Shown one piece after another: positions 54,333 through 64,000 of a DNA stretch of 64,000 nucleotides. The notes below the pieces were generated by a model. It was not told where the DNA came from. It made no database searches and saw only the letters and a list, made by a program, of their open reading frames with translations. A program made the translations under genes and the position numbers. Numbering within the stretch: position 1 is the first letter of the stretch; every line of letters starts with the position of its first letter. The DNA is from Trichinella spiralis (lineage: Eukaryota): the NCBI RefSeq assembly GCF_000181795.1, contig NW_003526941.1, forward strand, positions 1,061,844-1,125,843, in the 5' to 3' direction.

Positions 54333-57300
54333 ATGACCATCGTACCGAATCTGCTCACTGTAAGATTTGTCGGTCCGGCCTCAGTGCTTGGACCCTTGTT
54401 GGCAAGTCGACTGGGCCACTTGCAACGTGCCAAATCCGAACAAGTGCCAGATGACCAAGGGATTTCTTCTTGCCAGTCGGCTTTGTGCTCTTTGCACGTC
54501 TACTCTGAATCGTATTGTTGGTGCTTGTGCTTCGGGGCTTGCCTTAGGCGGAGGTATCGTCCGGCACGTTGCCGTTCAACGTCCAACAACGACCATTATT
54601 CATTTCATTTGCTCGCCCACTTTCTGCTCCTTTCGTTGGCCATTGTAGCGCGTAAGTGAAACGAATAATTTTATTTCGTTTATTTGTTTGTTTTTTCTTC
54701 CTCTTCTTCTTCTGTTATATCATTTATTTTAAACTTTCTCGTATGTGGAGATATTTTATTCAAATTTTTTCAATGCTCTGAACTTTTGGAATGCGCTGGC
54801 GTAGCAGGAATTTTTTCTGCTCATTTCGATCCATATAATAGATTGACAGCTTTCATGCTTTGTGTCTGTCTACCAATTGTATTTCAAAGTAAATAACAAT
54901 TGATTCGATGAGTCAGAAGAATTGAAAATGACAAAACCTTTACAAAACTGTGAGCACCCCTTCTAATGATCTATTTAATTGTCATTTTGACATTTTTTTA
55001 AATTTTTATTTCCCTATGAAAGTTTGCTTAGTTGGTTGAGAAGTTTTGTTGAAAAATAGTCTCCTTTTCACGCAAGCGACGGTAACGAAGCGTGTCAAGA
55101 AGTTGGCCTTCTTCTGCCAAGTAGAAATAATGAAAAAATAAAATAAATAAATTAATATATCTATCTATCTATCTATCATCACTGGATGACCGTGTTGTTG
55201 ATTGGTTAACCTTTAATTTTAAATTGTTCGTTGTTAATAGTTGTCACTTTGCATTTTTTCAGACCTGTACAGATCGTTAGCCGTCTACATTCTGGGTGCC
55301 GAGAGAAGAAGTTTGTGGTTTTTCCAATCGCCTCCACTATTTTTAACCCTTGTATTATACTTTGGATGGTCGTGGCAGTTTGTCAAAGTGGTCGGTAAGT
55401 GAACAGCATTCTTCTTGTAAATGCCATTTCATTCTCTCTTTCTCCGCGCGAGATATTCTTTTTCCAAATTAGCTGGCTTGTTGTTTGTGTTGCATTTTTG
55501 TGTAAGGTAGACGCGTCTTTTGTGTACACTGGTAGGCGCAGTCCGGGCTCCATTAGTACCGGAAGGTGCTTTGTCGGCTGGCACTAGTTACAAGTTTGTC
55601 CATGAGAAGCCTTTTGGGTGGCTGTGATCACAATAGGCTCTTTCCTCGTTGTTTACTCGCTGGCTCGCAAACAAGCCTGTCAAATCTATAACCTTTATGT
55701 TAGCTTTATGAGGGCCAAGGGCTGGTGACAATTTGTCGGTCCAGCTAATGTTTACTCACGTCTTTGCCAGCCCGCCGACGGTGGTCTTGTATTAATAGAA
55801 TCTGCCCCCTGCCCTTGACACTGACATCATCTTGTTTTGATATTTTTATCAAAAATATTTTTTTACATCAAATTTTGACCACAGTGTCTGTCTGTCTGTT
55901 TGTCTGTATGTCAGCTTGCAACTAGCTTCCACTGCTATTTCGGATGTTTGCTGAGCGAACGGCAGGAAAGTGTGTGTGTAGGTGTTTATTGCAAACGTTT
56001 GATTTTTCAATCAAATCGAGAACGTCTCTCTGGATGACGTTATCAATTTACTGCTGCTTTGCTTGAAAAGGACGTGGGCGGCGGCTGTGGTGGTGGTGGT
56101 GGTGGTGGTGGAAAAATTTTTCAAAAAATAGCCAACCGATGAATATATTTTCAAAAATGAATTATTCGTTCGTCATTCTATTGAAATTTTGTAAAAGAGA
56201 AAAAAAGAAGAGCTACACTAATTTCACCTGTCAGCTGTATATTTTTTTGTTGCTCTGCTGCCATTATTATTTCAACATGCGGTCAATTTTAAACATTCGA
56301 CGACTAGCCGTGTGACGTGGAAAAAGCATTTCAATGTCTCTCGACAGCTGAATGGAATAATTTCTGCCAACTCCGCTTGTATTTATTATTAGTTTTGCAA
56401 GTGTGATGAAAAAATTCCAACTACAACAGCACATTTCTACTCTGCTGAACTTTTCGCTTGATTTCAAAGTGATCATCAGAAAATTTGCATATTGCTCCGT
56501 GAATAATTGATTGTTCAGTGGAATAATTGGTGATGTTGAGCAGACGTTTGCTGACGTTTTTATTTGCAATCTGCTGCATCGGCAATGCGGACGTTGGTTT
56601 TGCAAGTGAAAATAGCTTCTGGTACGACGTAGCAATCCGATGCAATTATTTCCTCATCTTCACCGGTGCAGTTGCTGTTGGTAAAATGAAATAACGAATA
56701 TTGTCCGACAAGAATTTTTTTTATCCCCTCTCCTTCCCATTCTACCGCGTATGGACACGTAGTCAATTTCCGCTTTGCGAGGAAAATTGCGCTTTTCATC
56801 ATGCTCCATCCTCTACCCACTCTGTCTAGAATGTCAGGAAATTGACCCACGGTGGCGTGCTAGTTTTCCATTTTTGACCAGCAATAAATTTTTCCACAAA
56901 ACTGGACCATTTTCCTCTAATGAATAGGGAAGTGTCGACAAGCTCTGACAGTGATGCTTTACAAAGCTTTTCCAAAATGGCATATATATATATAGAGAGA
57001 GAGAGGACCTTGATGGGAGGTTGGTTAACTTTTTTTTTCTGATCTGTGAGAAATTATCACACAGAAAGGCCAACTTGAATTGATATGGAAAAATATCTTC
57101 CCATTTTTTTCATAATTTCAAAAAAAGTAAAAAGAACAATCAACTTTTTTCAAAAAATGTGATGCCATTCAAACTTTGTATATGAGTAGTGGATTTTTTT
57201 CTCTTGAAATCGAAGGTGACAAACAATTTGCTCCAAGGTATATGACCTTTGCTCGTTATAATTCACCAATTTTTTATATATTTCGTGTAACATTTAAATG

Positions 57301-59861
57301 ACAGCCGGTCGTTTATTTATTTTTTTTCAAACGTCAAATTTACCGAACAAACTCGACTACTGTTTTGTGTTATCTTTCCCATTAGCCTAATTTGTGAAAT
57401 TTCTCGACAATTGCTTACTTGACCATCTTATTTATTTATTGATGAAAAAAGGTGACGTTGCAATTATTCATTTCGACTCTATTTGGATATTTCAATTCGT
57501 CTATTTTTTCCATAATATCAAGCTGCATAAGCAAGTGTGAATAAGTTGACTTGTTCGTTAATGATAATAATAACTGCATATTTACTTTTACTGTTGTTAA
57601 TATCTGTTAAGCTTGCGTTTTGAGATTGAGGGTCAAAAGAAGAAGAAAGAAAAAAATAGTATCTATATAATTCGGTCACTGTCATTTGCCAGGTGACAAC
57701 GAAGCCACGCGCGCTGTTTGATGAGCTCCGTTGATAAGTTGGCTTTTTTTGTTGTATGCTACCAAATTAAAGCCGTGAAGTGAAAGCCTCCGGGGGAATG
57801 GACAGTTGAGCAGCTGTCGGCCGGTGAAGGTTTTTGGTTCTTTTTTTAGCCAGACCGACAGATGCTTGCTGAAAATTATTTCAAAAAATAATATAATGTA
57901 AAATAAAAAGACAACAACACCGACCAGCTTGTCGACCGACCAATATCTGACCCTTGTTTTAAGCAATAGCAAATGATGAAAGCACAAAAATATATACATA
58001 TATATATATATCATCATCTGAAACGCGTTTTCTCCATGGTTGAGTTTTTCTTCTTCTTCCTCTACTTCTTATCATCGAGGTTCATCATTTAGGATAAGCT
58101 TGATGCTAATCCTGTTGCCAAACCAGCCGGCGTTGATACTCTGCGCAGGTGACCGGTGTTGTTAGCATTAATTTTCTCTGTCCACTTGATGAATTGTAAA
58201 AATTCAAAAATTTTTCTTCTCCACATACTTTTCACTTTTTAATATTCAAAATTGCTATTCTCCAACTGAACAAATAAACATGCTTGAAAAAGGGGGATTT
58301 ATGTTTATTTTAAAAACAAAAACCACTTTGAATATGCTGCCCTTGTGACCTCGACTTGGTTTGCTCTTTTTTCCTCAGGTTAAATGAACCGAGCCTTGTT
58401 TGTACGCCATTTGTCATCATTGTTAGCTTCTTGCTTGGCTGCTTCACGAATTGCAATTTTTCTTCACAAATCACCTTTTCATCTTTTCGTTTGTTCATAT
58501 TTATATATATATTTTTTTCATTGCCGGGCAGAAATTCAATAATTGCTGTGCACATGCAGTTGGCCGGTGATTAAGCCGGTCGGCTGGGTTTTGGGGTTCT
58601 CTTTAGCAAGCTAAGAAGGGTCCCGGAAGCCGGCCGGAAACACGTCAATTAAGACCAAAATGGCTACATTGGCCGGCTTGTTGAAAGCCACGGCCAGGTG
58701 TCTTCGGCGCCCATTACGAGCTCCTATAGTGACCGAGAAATGGTTATTATTGACCTTTTCTCACTCCCGGAGACGTTCAAAATTTTACTCATACACAAGG
58801 GACAATGTGAAATTGAAATTTTTATTTGTTTTGGGTTTTTTATTTATTTTTAGAATGTTTAATTGTTAATAATTGTATATTTTTAAGTTTAATTTACAAT
58901 CATCGAATGAATAAGATGAAATACTTTCAATTGCCCCTGCTTTTATTTAACAAACAAGAAAAGCGATAGATAAAAATTGCATTTTATTTTATCTCTGTAA
59001 ACACACACTGCTGACGCATATATTTGTATTTGCTGTGTGTCTGTGTGCTGTAAAATTTCAACAATAGAACAAACACAATTAGTAATTAGTCATCTTGAAT
59101 TTCAATATATTTTTTTCTTTTGAATTAAAAATTGTTCAGTGAAATTAAAATCAAATAATTTGTTGTTAATGTTGATATTTTAGAAAGTTGCTCGACACGA
59201 CCGTCACCGAAGCATTGGGTGGTCAGGCCACCACTGAGCACTTATCTACTTCGGGAAAATTGCACTGAAGATTACGCTGCCTTGTACTGCCTCAACGATG
59301 GCATTTGTTTCAGAACGAAAGTTACTGATACTTTTATATTCAGTTGCGAGTCAGTATATTATTTATTCATTTACTTAATTAATTCATTAATTAACAAAAT
59401 AATTTCAAGGTGCCAACCAGGCTGGTACGGGCAACGTTGTGAATATCAAGACACAGGTGACCGTTATTTGCCGGTACAACAACGCGTCGAAGTAGCTGGT
59501 ATTGCTGGCTCTGTAACGGTGTTGATTATCATTGTCATCTTTGTCTCGGTGGTATTGTACATTTATTATCGGCGTCGAAGAATCAGCGACACCATGCAAA
59601 CATCGCCAGTCATTTCCTATTGCCATGCTTGTGACATGCCCATTCGGCAGTTGTGTAGCGGTATTGCATCTAGCAAAGTATATACACATTTTTTGGAGGG
59701 GGGATATATTATTTATGTTTTCAAAAATTTCATTTTTCTTATATTTTCAGCCAAGAAGTCATGTAAAAAATGCACTTCGAACATCTGTCGACGTTGGTGA
59801 TTCAGCGAATGCCAATCAGTGTGATAACCGCGAAGATGCAGCTGCACAGACTTTGGTTTAA
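54333..59861 (+). CDS. Transmembrane EGF-family ligand (Spitz/Keren/LIN-3/TGF-alpha-like). Exons 54333-54651, optional 55263-55394, 59184-59349, 59410-59677, 59751-59861
   Basis: Single EGF domain CTEDYAALYCLNDGICFRTKVTDTFIFSCECQPGWYGQRCEY with an intron between Cys4 and Cys5, then a TM helix, an RRRR stop-transfer and a cytoplasmic tail. The 5' exons are inferred from phase and hydrophobicity. Confidence 0.85.
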
Positions 59862-61511
59862 TAACGTTCTGAAGTCAAATTTTGCAACAACAACAACAAC
59901 AAAAACCAAGCTTACGAATGAAGAATCTCTTGCAAAAAAATCGACTTGTTGATGAACATTTCGATTTTTCCATAAAACGTGTTCAAAGATTGCTCCAAGC
60001 TAAAACTAGAAGTGGAAATTTTAAATTCTTCTTCTCCGCATCGCGGCTTCTTTATCCATCATCGATTTGGCTGCAGAATCATTTTTCTCAACCAATCCTT
60101 GCAAATTTGCTGGTATCCGTTTTCTCTTCTTGCTGACGTGTTTCTCCGTTCCCAAATAGCTTTCACGTGACATGATATTGCGAACTTGTGAACGCTGTTG
60201 AAAACAATTGGTTGGCCAAGATTTTCAGAGGGTGGATGGAAAACCAACAAACCGGCCGAAGCGATCGTTTTAATGCTAATTTTACATTTTACCACTGCGC
60301 CGCTTAAATCGAGCTAGTCAAATGGCATTAGCAGCACAAACGACGACATGTCAAAAAATTTCTTTTTCTTCCCCTTCATTTGTCTTCCTTTCTTTTCAGT
60401 GCATTTATTAAATTTTGAATTGAATGTATCTTTTTTCTTCTATTTTCTTTTTTGCCTCCACGCTTGAAAATTTCAATTCATTTCGCAATTTTCGCAAATC
60501 TGAATGCTCGAATGCCAAAGTGCATTTCCATTCCGCATTTTCACTCAACGCCCGCGTGCTTATGGGTGGAAACATTTTCAAAAAAAGCGAAAATTAAACT
60601 GCATCATGTGAAAACAATCGTACATTCACTTTAATTTTTATCAATTCTTCATCGACAAGCAAAAACTATTGAAAATCAATCAAAGGGTATTTCAAAAAAT
60701 TACCGCTACGCTTTTCTGTATCATAAAGTATATTAGATATTATAAATAATTTTCAAAGGCTTTAATGAACTTTCAAAAAAAGTTTAATTTTACTGTTTTA
60801 CTTCACTTTTTAATTGTTTGATTAAACATACCTTTGTATCAGTATAATATCATACTGTAATAAGTTTTAAACAAAGCAACTGTTGCTTATTGTGTTGACT
60901 TGTTGCGTTGGTTATATTAATGACAACTTCATGTTGTTTACTTGTTCAATTCTCATACTATATTTTGATTGTTTATGTTTATTGCAGCATTTTTATTCAT
61001 TCACTTTTGATTCAGTTTTAAACTTTGTATTTCTTTTGTTGTTATCTTGAAATGCTGTTCTATTCAGTCAATACAGTCAGTCAGTGATGCTATCGCTAGA
61101 TTTGATTTATTTCTCATTCGTATTTCTGTTTGAAATGATTTTCTTCTTCAAGCAGCGTAGAACTGAATAGTGACACTGAAGCAAGTACAATTGACACTTT
61201 ACCTTTCAATTTGACGTGGTAAAAAATTGTTTTCTCATGCAAAATTGAAAGCCCATTCTACTATAATCATCTTTATTTGCCACGCATCATTTTTTGTCTT
61301 GAAATTGATCACTTTTTTAAATTTTATTTTATATATATTTTTTAATGAAAATATTCAAAATTGAACTTTAATTTTATCGTTACTTAAAAAAATGTTTCAT
61401 ATGAAACCTGACTTCAGTTAAATTATTTTCTACAGTACTCTTTCATTAATTTAATTGTATTTATATTGCTTTTCCAATTCTGGTGTTTGTTTGTTTGCCG
61501 TTTCAGAACAG

Positions 61512-62698
61512 ATGTCAGCTAGTACAAGTCAGAATAAGATTTCTGGTTCGGGAATAGTATGTCGGGTTGAGGAGTCGTTTGCATTTATTTCTTCCAAACG
61601 ATACGGCTCCATTTACGTACCCGGCAGTGTAATGATCGTCGAAGGCGACGACAGCCACGGAGATTCGGCGATTTCTTCGAAACTTCGAGTCGACGATGTT
61701 GTCCACTTTAAAGCGATCAACCAATTCGGTCCCAAAGATTGCCAGTGGATGGCGGTTTCGTTGAAGAAGAGCGCCAAACAAGCGTTGGCCAACAGTTCAC
61801 TTCCTTCGATCATTTCCAATCAAATTGGCCTGATAGTCGACATTCATGACCGAACGATGTTCATTTACAATGAAACTTATGGAGAAATTTATTATCCATT
61901 GGGTGCTCATTTGGCATATTTGCAAGAGCTGAAAATGGGAAGCGAGGAAGTTGTTTATGCATCTTTTATGGAAACTTTTTACAACAATCAGACTGTTTTA
62001 TTTAATGCGGTACGTCAGACGGAAGTGAACGATTGTGCATACGTTGCGACGGCTGTGTGGCCTGCCAATGAGCAGATCACTGGCGAAATGAGTAAGGTTT
62101 CATTTTTTTTATTTTCAAAAGCAGCAATTGCAGCAGTGTTTCTATGTTTTTTTTTTCTGTTTTATTCACAGATGTGATGAGTGAAATTGGTAATATTGTG
62201 AAATTGTCGTCACATTATGGCTACATTTTGTCCGAATCATTGGGTCGAGTGTTCTTTTCCATTTCCAATTGTGAAAATTACACGTCGCCAGAGTTGACGT
62301 TGTTCGATTTGTTCGAAGTGAATGATTTGGTGCATTTCAATCCAATGAAGCAGCCAGAAATGAACGGCTGCAACTGGAGAGCGTTGAATGTGATGAAATT
62401 CAAGTTCGCGGCCGAAGAAAACCCACTGTGGGATAATGTTGTACAGGATTACCAATTTGAGAACGACCAATTTTCCATTTCCAATTCCAATGCAACAGTG
62501 CTTGTCGATGTAGAAAATTCGAAACCACCCAAAACAACAGTTGACAAAGCTTGTCAAACTGTCACACCACCAGAAATGTTCCTTTTGAAAGCGGTTACTG
62601 CTGATCCGACATTTTATATGGAATTGTATCGCAATTTTCCTCATCTTATGAAATTTATCGATAAAGCTTGTTTTCAATATTTCTTGTGCTGGTATTGA
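61512..62698 (+). CDS. Protein with three tandem cold-shock/OB-fold-like repeats, 368 aa. Exons 61512-62091 and 62172-62698
   Basis: Two long ORFs joined by a phase-1 intron; the motif G.(I/V)......(F/Y)I....G.(I/V)(Y/F)...V.F....Q....C.(W/Y).A..V recurs three times. Confidence 0.8.
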
Positions 62699-63431
62699 TG
62701 ATCAAAACGAACAAACAATTAATTTTTTATTATAGAAATTGAATTTGATTCGTCCAGAAAAACATGTTTCAGAATTTTATTCTCTTTTAATTATGAAAAT
62801 TGACATGACAATGACTAAACTTGCAGAAATAGTTTAAATGGATGAATGAAAGGTGGTGGCTTTTGTCAATTCTGACATCTCAGCTGTTTACAGATGTAAA
62901 GTTGAAAATTTCATAATTTTGAAAATGCTCGAACAAACTTTTCAACAATTTTGAAATTCAACTCTGCTCGACAGGTATAATTTTCAACCTTGTTTCATTT
63001 GTAATGTTTCGTTTACAACGTCAACAAAACACTGAGGTATTTATTGTTTTAATTTGTAGCTAAAAATTAATATTTATTTTCACATTGTAATCATGTTTAT
63101 CATTTTGAATTTGAAATTCAAATTTAAAAAAAAAAGTGGTCTAATTATATTAGAAAATTTGAATTCAATAAGTGATGCTCAGGTTGAGTTTGAATTGGAT
63201 GCGACATTTTTGACGATTCGCGCGCTTCAATCGATGCTAATAACGTTCGGTCGACACAATTCGAAGCGTGCGCTTGGATTATTATTGATCGTAGCCGTCG
63301 ATTTTCGTCCACAAAGCATTCACACATTCGAGTTGGAGTTTCGTCACAGCGCGCCGTGGTTGGCTTTCAATTGATCAGCAAACCCTCGCACAAGAAGCGT
63401 CCGATTGTCTAGACTTTTTACTGCCACCAAA

Positions 63432-63886
63432 ATGGGTAAGTGATGCAAAAAGTACCTGCCATCTTTTATACGGTGTTCTGTAGAAAGAACTGGTTGCACT
63501 CTTATTTTATTTTCATTTTTATTACACGTGACAAGATGTTCAAATCGTTCAGAAATATTGACCCGTTGTTTGTTGCAACCAGCTGCACCGGTTGCCACTT
63601 TGTTGTGCAGCATTAAATGCTTGCTTTGTTGCAATTTACTTTTAACATATTCGTTATTGAAAACAAACAGACTTATCGACGGATTTATGAATCAATAATG
63701 GTGTTTGTTTTTGTTTTGTTGAAGGTTTATCCCAAGTGTTTCTTCGACTTATTTCTGCCATTGTCTCCAGTTTAATCAGCCTGATCTGTATACTGGTTCC
63801 GATGGCCGCTTTGTCGCAAGGAATCTGCCGTGGTTGTACGACCGTGCACAACAGCGTGATGAATTTGATCAACAACAAACCTCGCC
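63432..63886 (+). CDS. 5' part of a putative secreted or membrane protein (MGLSQVFLRLISAIVSSLISLICILVPMAALSQGICRGC...), continuing beyond the window. Exons 63432-63435 and 63725-63886
   Basis: GCCACCAAAATGG|GTAAGT micro-exon splices in frame to a hydrophobic exon ending C|GTAAGC. Confidence 0.55.
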
Positions 63887-64000
63887 GTAAGCTCATGTTC
63901 AACCATTGCACTAATTAGCATATTTACCCTCTCACCGGAAATTGCAAGTTCATTGTTTGTGAACACACTTACAGCTGGTTGTTTTCTTCCATGCATGTTT

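Noticed and set aside
56267..57073. Minus-strand ORFs inside the EGF ligand intron
   Set aside because: No recognisable motifs or consistent splice sites
1..64000. Transposons, CRISPR arrays, tRNA or rRNA genes
   Set aside because: No transposase or RT ORFs, terminal repeats, spaced direct repeats or cloverleaf motifs were seen; short degenerate elements could be missed by eye

Overview
AT-rich eukaryotic genomic DNA with short GT-AG introns (mostly 50-100 nt), TTTCAG-type acceptors and many microsatellites. Gene content and sequence style suggest a nematode, probably clade I such as Trichinella (inference). I spliced the following genes by hand: PIG-Q (-), mitochondrial phosphate carrier (-), WDR76/CMR1 (+), a TyrB10/GlnE7 globin (+), ATP23 metalloprotease (-), a small CS/p23-like protein (+), a putative myristoylated coiled-coil protein (+), UBL4A (-), G-protein beta gpb-1 (-), a Spitz/TGF-alpha-like EGF ligand (+), a triple cold-shock/OB-like protein (+), and the start of a putative secreted protein at the right edge. 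Four alternative first exons of an unidentified gene run off the left edge. RNA genes are a U6 snRNA and two tightly clustered miR-183/96-family hairpins (miR-228 and a miR-790/263b-like one). The most notable observations are this microRNA cluster, the Spitz-like ligand with candidate palmitoylation, rhomboid and PDZ motifs plus alternative signal exons, a local group of GC-AG introns, and a possible operon. I saw no transposon or CRISPR array. All homology calls come from recalled motifs, not database searches.
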